Positions 1 to 11,199 of a stretch of DNA of 64,000 nucleotides are shown here, in pieces (positions within the stretch are counted from its first letter, which is position 1; each line of letters starts with the position of its first letter). The notes beneath the pieces are model-generated. The model was not told the DNA's origin, ran no database searches, and saw only the letters and a program-made list of their open reading frames with translations. The position numbers were made by a program, and so were the translations under genes. The DNA comes from Chiloscyllium plagiosum. Its lineage: Eukaryota. The DNA is taken from the NCBI RefSeq assembly GCF_004010195.1, contig NC_057720.1, forward strand, positions 14,199,947 to 14,263,946. Direction: 5' to 3'.

Positions 1-260
1 CCCGTCACTAATTAGCCAGAGGGCAGTAAGAGGCAATCATATTGCTGTGGAGTCACATGTAGACTATACCAGGTAAGAATAGCAGATTTTCTTCCCTGAA
101 GGACATTAGTGGACCAGATGGGTTTTTATAACAATTAACAATGTCATGGTTATCATTAGTCTCTAAACTCCAGATTTGAGTTGAATTAAAGTTCCACCAT
201 TGGTCATGGTGGATTTGAACTTTTGTTCCCATTATCAGTAATACCAAGCCTTTCTGCAAT
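1..260 (-). mobile_element. tRNA-derived SINE fragment (same family as 7890-8235)
   Basis: Reverse complement matches the 7890-8235 element (gagtcacatgtag, ccaggtaag, ggatttgaac B-box-like motif). Confidence 0.6.
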
Positions 261-542
261 TTGAAAATCATTGGAATTGCAACAACCATGCAGTTGGAGA
301 GTATTCAGTCTCACTAGTGAATTGCACTTTGTAGATGATAGACAGGCATTGGGAGTACACTCGTATATCATTTGCTCAAATATGCCTGTCTCTGATCCAT
401 CTTTTCCCATGCTTTGTATTAGTCTTTAATAAAAAAGGCATTTTACCACTAACAATAAGCAATGCTCTGCACCTCTCTGATTGACTTCTAAACCACTATC
501 AAAAATAGTCTGAAAAAGATGTGTAAAGAATTGCATATTATA

Positions 543-701
543 GATTAGAGTGGTACTAGAAAAGCACCATTCCTGATGAAGGGCTTTTGCCCAAAACGTG
601 GATTTTCCAGCTCCTCAGATGCTGCTTGACCTGCTGTGCTTTTCCAGCACCACTCTAATCTTGACTCTAATCTCCAGCATCTGCAGTGTCCACTTCTGCC
701 T
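543..701 (+). mobile_element. PLE terminal-repeat-derived short element with decayed hammerhead motif
   Basis: ctgatga-a-gggc-tttt-gccc-aaaa-cgtg at 573-600. Short inverted 5' arm. TSD aattgcata(t/g)tata at 529-542 and 702-715. Confidence 0.8.
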
Positions 702-803
702 AATTGCATAGTATATACAGAGCATGGAATCTTTTAGCAATTAATAACCAGGTGAGCAAGAATTTTCTCCAACTTCTTCTGTGGAAACAGGCAATGGACT
801 AAC

Positions 804-1040
804 CAAACAGAAACAGAAATTGCTGGCGAATTTCAGTGGGTCTGGCAGCATCTGTGGTGAGAAAACCAGTTAAAATATTGCATCCAGTGACCCTTCTTCA
901 GACCAGTTCTGAAGCAAGGTCACTGGATTTGAAGCATTAAGTCTGCTTCTCTCTCCACAGATGCTGCCAGGTCTGTTGAGTTTCTCCAGCAACTTTTGTC
1001 TTTGTTTCAGATCTTCTGCATTCGCATAATGTTTTATTAC
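804..1040. mobile_element. Old palindromic PLE-derived element with decayed hammerhead motifs
   Basis: Imperfect inverted repeat centred near 904. The minus arm reads ctgaagaagggtcactgga. Same family as 62737-62968. Confidence 0.7.
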
Positions 1041-1184
1041 AGGACTAAACTCATCTATATCATTTTAAAATCTTCATACCCTTTCTACCAGTTCCATCCT
1101 TCTCACCAACTGTTCATTCAGTCTGAACAGGATGATCATAACATCAATATCCTCTTTGAATCCAAGCTAGTTCTCAAAACCTAC

Positions 1185-1630
1185 AAGATTATGAGGATGT
1201 CACCAGGAATGGAGAGTTTGAGGGTGAGTGGGTGGGACTTTTTTCACTGGAGCATAGCAGATTGAGATTTATAAAATCATGAGGGGTAGAGGTAAGGTGA
1301 ATGGCAGGGGTCTTTTCCCGTAGGTGTGATTTGCAAGACGAGCGGGCATATTGTTAAGGTAAGAGGAGAACAGTTTAAAAAAGATATGAGGGACAACGTT
1401 TTTACACAGAGAGTGGTTAATGTGTGGAATGAACTTCCAGAGGAAGTGGTGGGTGTGGGTACAGGGAAACAACTTTTAAAAGACATTTAGATAAGTACAT
1501 GAATAAGAAATGTTTGGAGGAATATGGGCCAAGCTCAGGCAAATGGAGCTGCTTTAGTTTGGGATTACGGTCAGCATGGACCAATTGGACCGAAGGGTCT
1601 GTTTCCGTGCTCTATGACTCTACGATTCTA
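1185..1630 (+). mobile_element. CR1 LINE 3' fragment
   Basis: ORF2 C-terminal homology (YKIMRG, FFTQRVV..WNELPEEVV) and a (ctatga)n tail. Confidence 0.85.
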
Positions 1631-2044
1631 TGGCCATCATCCTAACCAGCCAAAGGTTACTTACCTCTATCTCTGCCAACTCTACCATCAACTCTATGAG
1701 ATTCCCTGGACCCTCTTCATATCATTGACATCCACCTTTTCATCTCATCGATCAACATAGCCTCCTGAAGTCACTTGCAATATTGCCTTTATGATTAATT
1801 ATGTTCCCTAACGTTAAGGCAAAATTTTCTGAGTTAAAATATTATAAACAAACTTTGAAAATCCTTTTTGAATTGTGTTTAGATTCCTTGAAAGTTTTGG
1901 ATGTCATGGAAAACCTTTATTCACGAAAAAATAAGTTTGTAAGGGCCAGAGAGTTTTGTTGGTCCATTCACTCGAAATGGGTGTTCCATTCATTGCTCAT
2001 CTTTAATTTCCTGCACAACAGGAAATTAGGGATCAGTCACATAG

Positions 2045-2850
2045 AGGTAAAAGTGAGGACTGCAGATGTTGCAGACTAGAGTTGAGAGTGCGGTGCTGGA
2101 AAAGCACAGCAGGTCAGGCAGCATCCGAGGAGCAGGAAAATCAACGTTTCGGGCAAAAGCCCTTAATCAGGAATGAGGCTTGTGGGTCGGGGGATGGCGA
2201 GGGGCTGAGAGATAAATAGGATGTGGTTGGGGCTGGGGGAAGGTAGCTGAGAGTGCAATAGTTGGATGGAGGTGGGGGTAAAGGTGATAGATCAGAGGGA
2301 GGGAAGAGTGGAGTGGATGGGTGGGAAGGAAGATGGACAGGTAAGACAAATCATGAGGGCAGTGCTGAGCTGGAAGTTTGGAACTGGGATAAGATGGGGG
2401 AGGGGAAATTAGGAAACTGGTGAAATCCACATTGATGCCCTGGGGTTGGAGGGTCCCAAGGTGGAAGATGAGGTATTCTTCCTCCAGGCGTCAGGTGGTA
2501 TGGGAGTAGCAATGGAGGAGGTCCAGGACCTGCATGTCCTCAGCTGAGTGGGAGGAGGAGTTGAAGTGTTCAGCCACAGGACGGTGGGGTTGGTTGACTG
2601 TGGGTGTCTCAGAGATGTTCTCTGAAGTGCTTTGTGACTTGATGTCCTGCTTCCCCAATGTGGAGGAGACCGCTTTGGGAGCAACGGATACAGTAAATGA
2701 CATGTGCAGGTGAAACTTTGATGGATGTGGAAGGCTCCTTTGGGGCCTTGGAGGGAGGTGAGGGGGAGGTTTGGGTGCAGGTATTGCAATTCCTGCGGTA
2801 GCAGGGGAAGGTGCCAGGACGGGAGGGTGGGTTGTTGGGAGGGCGTGGCT
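2045..2850 (-). mobile_element. Penelope-like element 3' part: GIY-YIG endonuclease pseudogene plus terminal repeat
   Basis: Minus frames give SLQGPKGAFHIHQSFTC and NQPHRPVAEHFNSSSHSAEDMQV, typical of PLE GIY-YIG. The terminal repeat carries a hammerhead-like ctgattaagggcttttgcccgaaacgtt at about 2143-2170. Confidence 0.85.
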
Positions 2851-2896
2851 GAGTGCAATAGGTGGATGGAGGTGGGAGTAAAAGTAATAGGTCAGA

Positions 2897-3089
2897 TTAT
2901 TCCCAATTCCTCCGCCTCTGCCGCATCTGCTCCCAGGAGGACCAGTTCCACCACAGAACACACCAGATGGCCTCCTTCTTTAAAGACTGCAATTTCCCCT
3001 CCCACATGGTTGATGATGCCTTCAAGTGCATCTCATCCACCTCCCGCACCTCCACCCTCGAACCCCTCCCTCCAACTGCAACAAGGACC
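2897..3089 (+). mobile_element. Penelope-like element RT C-terminal fragment, inverted relative to the adjacent GIY-YIG part
   Basis: YSQFLRLCRICSQEDQFHHRTHQMASFFKDCNFP matches the PLE SQFLRLRRICS motif. Confidence 0.8.
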
Positions 3090-3139
3090 TTAGTATTTTT
3101 AAAAAATGTACTCATGCGACATGTAGGACTTGGACTTCG

Positions 3140-3580
3140 TGGGTTGAGCTAGTATTTATTGCCCATCCTAAGGTGCTCTTAAGAAGATGGCAAAGAGCTG
3201 CCATTTTGAACCATTGCCATCTATGTGCTGTGCCAGACCCACAATGCCAAGAGCCAGGTGGGGGTGGGATTCCAAGATTTTAACCCAGTGTCGGTAGGAA
3301 CAACAATATATTTCCAAGTTGGGATGCTGAGTGACTTGAAGTATAACTTGTATGTGGTGTTATTTCCATATTTCTGCTGCCCTTGTCCTCTTGGATGGAA
3401 ATTAAACAGAATAGTTTTGACAACGATTAAAAATGGTTACTGGTTTCCTACTGCTTTTAATTTCAGATTCTTATTGAATTCTAGTTTCACCATTTGCCAA
3501 GATGGGTTTTTTTTAATCCAACTCAGACAGCATAACTCTGAGGTTCGAGATTATTAGTCCCTTCCACTACACCACCCTTT
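3140..3580 (-). mobile_element. Second CR1-group LINE 3' end plus adjacent SINE fragment
   Basis: Reverse complement of the tail seen at 28050-28245, followed by SINE-like sequence. Confidence 0.55.
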
Positions 3581-3694
3581 CCCCTAACCATGATACAAAC
3601 CCAATTGATACAAACGCAATAAATGATACAAACTGATACAACAACAATTGTATCTCAATAAACTAGTCTTAAACTTGAATGCTTAAATAAAGTC

Positions 3695-4130
3695 AGAGAG
3701 TCATACAGCATGGAAACAGACCTTTTTGACCAATTTGTCCATGCTGACCAGGATTCCCAAACTAAACCGATCCCACGTGCCTGCATTTTGCTCATTTTCC
3801 TCTATAAACCTTTCCTATTCATGTACTTGTCCAAATGTCTTTTAAATGTTGTAACTGTACCTGCATCTACCACTTTCTCTTGCAATTCATTCCACCCTCT
3901 GTGTGAAAAAGTTGCCCTTCAGGTCCCTTTTAAATCTTTCTTATTTCACCTTAAAATTATACCTTCAATCTTGAACTCCCCGACCCTAAGGAAAAGAGCT
4001 TTGCTATTCACGTTATCTATGCCCCTCTTGATTTTATAAACCTCTATAAGGTCACCCCTCAACCTCTTAACGTTCCAGGGAAAAAAAGTTCCAGCCTATC
4101 CAGCCTCTTCTTATAACGCAAACCTTCAAG
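3695..4130 (-). mobile_element. CR1 LINE 3' fragment
   Basis: Reverse complement of the CR1 3' end (agagtcatacagcatggaaacagacc ... ggtcacccctcaacc). Confidence 0.85.
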
Positions 4131-4279
4131 TATTTTAAAGTCAATCTATCTCATTAGGTTTATCCTCAAAATCAACTCCATCAATATTTCTCTGTTAATT
4201 CACATGCTGATTAGCCTCCTATTCTGTAACCATTCTATGGTTCCGACTTTATAATAAGCCACAAGTCATACTGATTTGA

Positions 4280-4475
4280 GACTATATCACTATTGCTTCA
4301 CTGTCACTGGGTCAAAAGTCCAGGGTTACACCCATACAGTACTATGTGTAACTATACATCACATGGATTATCATGGTTCAAGAGGTTCACTTCCATCTTC
4401 TCAAAGACAATAAGGGATCAGCAATCAATTCTGGGCTTGCCAGTGATGCTACATCCCAAGAAAGAATAAAATAAA
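4280..4475 (+). mobile_element. Second CR1-group LINE 3' tail
   Basis: ttcactgtcactgggtcaaaa ... ttctcaaagacaataagggat ... aagaataaaa, homologous to 28070-28245. Confidence 0.6.
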
Positions 4476-4600
4476 ACAATGCATAACTTTAGTGTTACTT
4501 TAACTAAAAAGTTGAACAAAAAGCACAGCAGACTCTTAGATATTTTTTGAAACTTTCACATAATGCTGTTTAAGTATGAGGTTCAAACTCCACTCCAGAA

Positions 4601-5525
4601 TGTTATGACCGAGACGGGGGAAGTACCACTACTGCATGGACAGACATAAGATAAAAATACACTTTCCAGTTGCCAAGATGACCAATTAAATGCCTTATTT
4701 ATATCAGATCCTAAACAACAAAATCTATCATCCAAGTTTGTAATAAACACAATTATTCGTTTATTATCAAAATCAAAACTTATTCAGTAAAATGCAATAA
4801 TTGGTTTATATGCACCAATAGTGTAATATGAACCTATAAATGCTTATCCCTCTAAATGCACCCAAAATACACATGGGCACACTTCAGTAAAATCGTCAAA
4901 CAGGTACCTGCAGCATTTGGATTTCATGCAGCAAAAACACTTTGGAAAATGTGTTACTCTTGAAGGCAAAAGGATGCAGGGTGGGATGATGCGTACATGG
5001 GTGCTATTCCACTCTGGCAAGTGTGGCCAAGTCCTTACGTATGCATGGCTGTCTCTGAAGTCTTGCAGGCACAACTTGCTCAGGAAATGTAATCTTCAGA
5101 TGTGTGTTCAATAATTCTTTCAAGGAAGCAAATAGGCAGCACACTGAACTTGTCATTTCTTTTACAGAAATAGGAGACATCAGCTGGGCAGCTTGTTCAG
5201 AGCAAGCTATCCTCCAATCCAGTTTGGTTGCTGCATACTGCCCTTTAACTGAAACAGATGAAACAAGAACCTCTCCTCCTCAGTTACCAGTCAAAATCAT
5301 ACTAGCAAGGGTCTATAGCAAAACAAGATTTACAGTTAGCCTCAGTAAAAAAATCCCAATGTCTACTGTGAACTTTCAATTATAGCCTTTCAAATTTTCA
5401 CTAAACTTTAAATAAATCCATTTTCCACAATCCTTCAAATCTTAAATCCTCTAAGCAATATTAAATATAAAATATCTTAATAAGAAGAAATCAAAGCACA
5501 AATCTAGGTTAATATCCCTCTTACA
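4601..5525. mobile_element. Possible solo LTR
   Basis: Begins tgtta and ends ttaca (TG..CA). No TSD found. Confidence 0.25.
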
Positions 5526-5544
5526 TGTCCTATTCCCTCATCAG

Positions 5545-5935
5545 TCCTGACCAGTGTTGGCCCCCAGTCAAACAATGTCCTGATTTTATAATTCTCATCC
5601 TTGTTTCCAGATCACTGTATGGTCTCATCCCTCCCCATTTCTGTAATCTCTTCCAGTTCCACAACATTTGAGATTTCTATCCTCAACTAATTCAGACCTC
5701 TTGAGTTCCTCCAATTTAAATTGTTTCATGGTTGTTGGCTTTAATTGCGTAGGCCCCAAGCTCTGGAATAGCAATCCCCTCCGCCTTACTTTTCTTCTTA
5801 AAGACAATCTTGAATATTGGTCTGTTTGACCAAAGTTTTTGTCATCTGAACTAATATCTCCTTGCTTACCTCAGTGGCATACTTTGTTTGCAATCATCCT
5901 ATGAAGTGCCTGGTAAGTTTCATTACATCAAAACT
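5545..5935 (+). mobile_element. L2 LINE 3' fragment
   Basis: Decayed coding similarity to the L2 ORF2 end (ILILVSRSLYGL..P, GPKLWNS, LFDQSF). Confidence 0.6.
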
Positions 5936-6017
5936 GTTACTTACCTGGGTGTTGTGTGATTTTTAACTTACATCTAAGTTGTTGTTGTTAAAGACTATGT
6001 GAAGTATTGAGGGATTA

Positions 6018-6715
6018 AATAGAATCATACGGAAACAGACTCTTCAAACCAACCAGTCCATGCAGGTCATAATCCGAAATTAACTCGTCCCACCTGCTTG
6101 CATATCCCTCCAAATTTTTCCTCTTCATGTACTTATCTAAATGTCTTTTAAATGTTGTAACTGGACCCGCACACAACTTTCTCAGGAAGATCATTCCACA
6201 CATGAACCACTCACTGGATAAAAAAGTTGCCTCTCATGTCTTTCTTAAATCTCTCTCCTCTCACCTAAAAATATGCCCCTTAGTCTTGAAATCCCCCACC
6301 CTAGGGAAAAGATACCTGCCATTCACCTTATCTATACCCCTCATGATTTTATGAACTACTAGTAGGTCACCTCTCAACCTTCTACGCTCCAATGAAAGAA
6401 GTCCCAGGCTATCCAACCTCTCCTTATATCTCAAACTCTCCATTCCCAGAGACATACTGGTAAATTTCTTCCAAACCCTCTCCAGCTTAATAATATTGTT
6501 CCTAGAACAGGGAGACCAAAACTTTCCTAGTACCCCAGAAGAGGCCTCAGCAAAATTCTGAACAACCTCAATATAGTGTCTCAACTCCTCCACTCAAAGG
6601 TCTGAGCAATGAAGGCAAGCATGCCTTTTCAATCACCCTGTCTGTGTGTGATGCCAACTTCAAAGTACAACGTACCTGAACCCCTAGGTCTCTCTGTTCG
6701 ACAACACACCCAAAC
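6018..6715 (-). mobile_element. CR1 LINE 3' fragment
   Basis: ORF 6261-6593: FWSP..IIKLERVWKKFT..LERRRLRGDL..KIMRGID. Confidence 0.9.
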
Positions 6716-7889
6716 CCAACAATTCATTGTCAGAGGTGCATGTTATGGATGACACATTAAACCAAAGTTACATTCTTCGTTTCTGATAAAAGACCACATG
6801 ACAGTATTTCAAAGAAAACCAAGGGAGGTCTTCAATATGTATCTCTTAGTCAACACCTGAGAGGATAGTAGCACTGTGACTTTTCACTGGACAAGGAACT
6901 CAGAGGTTTTGGAATTACATTCAAACACTGCATCTGAGGAACTTAAATATGGTAAATTAAATAAATACCTGTCAGCACACAAGTTAGGAGCAGTCATGTG
7001 CCATTCTACCCCTCCACCTGTTCTACCATTTGATAAGATCATTCACTTCCATTTTGTTACTACTCCCTCTAGCCTTTGGTTGTGAAGTTATCTAATGAAG
7101 CCTTTAAAATATTTAATGCAAACCAGCAGCAATTAACAGTGACCATGACACTACTGAATTGTTGGTTCACTAATATTCATTAAGGGAATGAAATCTCCAG
7201 GTCTGGACCACACATGATTGTAGATTCACGGAGGTACGGGACATTGCCAAACCCTTGTAAATAAAATCAAAAACATTACAGTTCGAAAACCCTTCTGCAC
7301 AAGTTCCGTGCTGTGTTTCACACATTGCAACCAAGTACAACAAATTGGCTGTAAAACACTTTGGGATATAAAAGGTGCTAAATAAATGCAAGACTTTCCT
7401 TGGCTGCATTTGTGTTAAATGCAAATTAGAAGGTTACCATTTAGAAGCAAAGCCCTCCACAATAAGTATTCAAAGAATTTTCTCTCACACCAGGGTCAAA
7501 TTCAAAGCAAGGAGTATAATGGTAGCTGCGATAGTGGGCAGTAGTTTGTTACTACAGTTTAATTGTAGCCTTGAGTTTTAATACAGAGATGATTAGATCC
7601 TTGAGCAGGTATTTTGGGTGAAGTTTGTGCCTAACAGTAATGTATAATAAACAGGCAGGAGGACTGTACAGTTGCTTTCCAAGCTATTGAGAGAAAAAAA
7701 TGTGGTGAGTGCAGCGAGGACAATTGGTGTAAATGTACCAAGACATTTCCAATCGAGGACTTTGGGAATGATATTCCCAGTGGGGGAAGTGATTACCAAG
7801 TGCTGATTGTGTGGATTGCTTGAACAATTGGGTCAAGGAATTAATTCACAAACCTGCATGAATTAAATCCTTTGCATCATATTGCAAAG

Positions 7890-8235
7890 GCAGGGAGGCA
7901 ATGAGGACCATTAATCCAGAATTCTTAATGTTCTGGGGACCTGGGTTCGAATCCCGCCATGGTAAATTGTGAAATTTCAATTCAATTTTAAAAATCTGTA
8001 ATTAAGAGTCTAATAATGACCATGAATCAATTGCCAATTGTCAGAAAAACTCATCTAGTTCACTTAATGTGCTTTAAGAAAGTAAATTGTCGTCCTTACC
8101 TATTCTTGCCTACATGTGACTCCAGACCTAGACCAATATCGGTGACTCTTAACTACCCTCTGGGCAATTAGGGATGGACAGTAAATATTGGCCGAGCCAA
8201 TGACGCCCACATCTTGTAAATGACTAAATCAAAAA
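7890..8235 (+). mobile_element. tRNA-derived SINE sharing its 3' tail with the second CR1-group LINE
   Basis: B box gggttcgaatcc near 7942-7953. The 3' end gggcaattagggatgg..ggcc.agccaatgacgcccacatc matches the LINE end at 28180-28245. Confidence 0.7.
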
Positions 8236-8569
8236 GTAGCAAATAGGAGCAGGAATGGGTCATATGGCCCTTTGAACTGTTTCCAATATTCAACGAGATC
8301 CTGGCTGATCTACCTGATATTCATCTTTCTTGCACTATCCCCCTATTCCTTAATTGTTTCTGTACCTAGGTATCGAGCAACCTCTATCTTAAATACATTT
8401 AATGGTTAGGTATCCACAGTTCTCTGGGGTAGAAAATTCTAAAGATTCACAAACATTTGGATGAAGAATGTTCGGAATTCTAAATGGCTAACCCCTCATT
8501 CCGATACTGTGATCCCATGACCTAGCTTCCTATCCAGGGCCAAGAAGAAATTTCAAGAAATTCAATGGA

Positions 8570-9330
8570 GGATAATACAAAACTCTGAAAGGATATGGGC
8601 AAGTTGGTGGAATGGACAGATGGGTGGCACTTTGGAAGAACATTAAAATAGGGGGCATAATTCTAAAGGGGGTGCAGGCACAGAGGGGCCTGGGTATATA
8701 TGTGCACAGATCATTGAAGGTGGCAGGACAGGTTTAGAGAATATTTATTAAAGCATAAAGTGTTCCTGTCTGTAGTATATGAGCATAGAGTTGAAGTGCA
8801 GGGGGATGATGTTGAACTTGTACAAGATACTTGTTAGACCTTATTATGCACAGTTACGGGCACCACATTACAGATACAATGTGAACACGTTGGATAGAAT
8901 GCCGAGGGAATGAATAAGAACTGCTGCAGGAATGAGAAACGTCAGTTACAATGACAGATTGAAAAAGTTGAGACTGTTCTCCTTGGAGTGAAGAAGACAG
9001 GTTTGATCAAGGTTTTCAAAATCATGAGTGCGCTGTACGGAGTAGATAGGGAGAAGCCATTCTCACTCGTAAAAGAGAAAAAGACTGAGAGGGCATGGAT
9101 TTGAAGTGATGTGCAAATGAAGTAAGGGCAAAATGAAAAAAAAAATCACACAGCAAGTAGTGAGGATATAGAATGCACTGCCTGCAATTGAAGTTCATTT
9201 AAAGTGCATTGGATGATTATTTGAATAGGAATGGTGTGCAGGGATAATGGGGAGAAAGAGAAGTTGGCACTAGGTAATAGATTTGGTGCAGGCACAATGG
9301 GGTGAATGGTCTCCTTCTGTGCCATAACAA
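8570..9330 (+). mobile_element. Old CR1 LINE 3' fragment
   Basis: Decayed ORF2 end (ctgttctccttggag, ggttttcaaaatcatgag, gaatgcactgcctg). Confidence 0.7.
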
Positions 9331-9369
9331 CTCTGTTACATGGAATGTCTACAAGATGTTTTTTTTAAC

Positions 9370-11190
9370 CAGCTCGTGTGAGAGGCCACTAGGGAACAGG
9401 TAATTCTGGATTTAAGATGCGTAATGAGGCAGAATTGATTAGAAAGCTTAAGGTGAAGGAAGTCCTAGGGGGCAGTGACCGCACTACGATAGAATTCACC
9501 CTGCAGTTTAAGAGGGAGGAAACTGTAATGGTATTACAATTGTGGAGAGGGAACTACAAAGAGTTATTGGAAGGGGAGTCGAGCAGGGAAGACAGTAGAG
9601 CAGCAATGGCAGAGGTTTCTAGGGGTAATTCAGGAGGCACAGCAGAAATTCATCCCAAGGAAGAAAAAATATACTCAGAGGAGGATGAGGCAACCATGGC
9701 TGACTCAGGGATAGCTTAACAACATAAGGAAAATCAGACAATGTGGTGAAGATTAGTGGGAGGTCAGAGGATTTGGAAACCTTTAAAAACCAGCAGAGAA
9801 CAAATGAAAAAGCAATAAGGGAGTTGAAAATGAAGTATGAGGGTAAGCTAGCTAGGAATAGAAAAGAAGATTGCAAGAGGGTTTTAAGATGAATGTAACA
9901 GCAAGGCAAGAGTAGACATTGGACTCCAGAAAATGAGGCTGGAGAAGTGGTAATGGGAAACAAATGAATGGTGGAGAAACTGAATAAATACTTTGCATCA
10001 GTTTTCACAGTGGACGACACTGGTAACATTCCAGAACTTCAAGAGAGTTAGCGAGATGGGTAAATATAGTGGGTATCATTAAGGAGAAGGTGTTGGAGAA
10101 GCTGACAGGTCTTAAGGTGGATACGTCATCCAGATCAGATGGACAATGCCCCAGAGTACTGAAGGAGATAGCTGAGGAGATTGTACAGGCATTGGTGGTG
10201 ATCTTTCAGGAATTACTGGAGTCGGGAAGGCTCCCAGAGAGCTGGAAAATGGTTAACGTTAACACCCCTGCTTAAGTAGAGAGGGAGGCAGAAGACTGGA
10301 AACCATAGGCTGGTTAGCATGACCTTAGCTGTTGGAAAGATTTTAGAGTCCAATACTAAGGATGTGATTGCGGAGTACTTGGAAGTGTATTTAAAATAGT
10401 GCTGAGTCAGCATGGCTTCATCAAGAGGATGAAGGTTAACATGCAGGTTCAGTTAGGAAGGCAAATGCAATGTTCACATTCATTTCAAGAAGGCTAAAAT
10501 ATAATCTATTAGAAATCGTTGAGGAGATAACAAGCAATTTAGATAAAGGAGATGCGATTTATTTGGATTACCAGAAGACATTTGTCAAAATGCCGCATAG
10601 GCGGCAGCTAAATAAGATAAAAGGCCATGGTGTTAGGGTCAAGGAGTTGGGATGTCATGTTGAGGTTGTAGAGGACATTGGTGAGACTGCTTCTGGAGTA
10701 CTGTGTGCGGTTCTGATCACCCTGTTATAGGAAGGGAAGATTTACAAGGATGTTGCAAGGAATGGAGAGTTTGAGTTATAAGGAGAGGCTGGAAAGGTTG
10801 GGTGTTTTTCACTGGAGCTTAGGAGGTTGATGGGTGACCTTATAGAAGTTTATAAAGTTATGAGAGATATAGTTAAGTTGAATGGCAGGTGTCTTTCCCT
10901 CAGGTGGGTGATTTCAAGACTGGGGGCATATTTTTAAGGTGAGAGGAGAATGATTAAAAAAAACATGAGGGACAATGCTTTTACATAGAGGGTGGTTACT
11001 GTGTGGAATGAACTTTCAGAGGAAGTGATAGATGTGGGTACAGTTACAGCATTTAAAAGGCATTTGGATAAGTATTTATATAGGAAATGTTTAGAGGGAT
11101 ATGAGTCAAGCGCAGGCAGGTGGGACTAGTTTAGTTTGGGAACATGGTTGGCATGGACTGGTTGACCAGAAGCTGTGTGACTCTATGACC
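9370..11190 (+). mobile_element. Composite of CR1 ORF2 fragments (linker, RT start, 3' end)
   Basis: LGGSD..TIEF; LNKYFASVFT; KVLEKLTGLKVD..PRVLKEIAEEI; IYLDYQKTF; CR1 tail ending ctctatgac. Confidence 0.85.
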
Positions 11191-11199
11191 CTTCAGACA

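Noticed and set aside
3590..3650. Short repeats of tgatacaaa as a CRISPR-like array
   Set aside because: Only four short irregular units in a vertebrate context; low-complexity tandem repeat.
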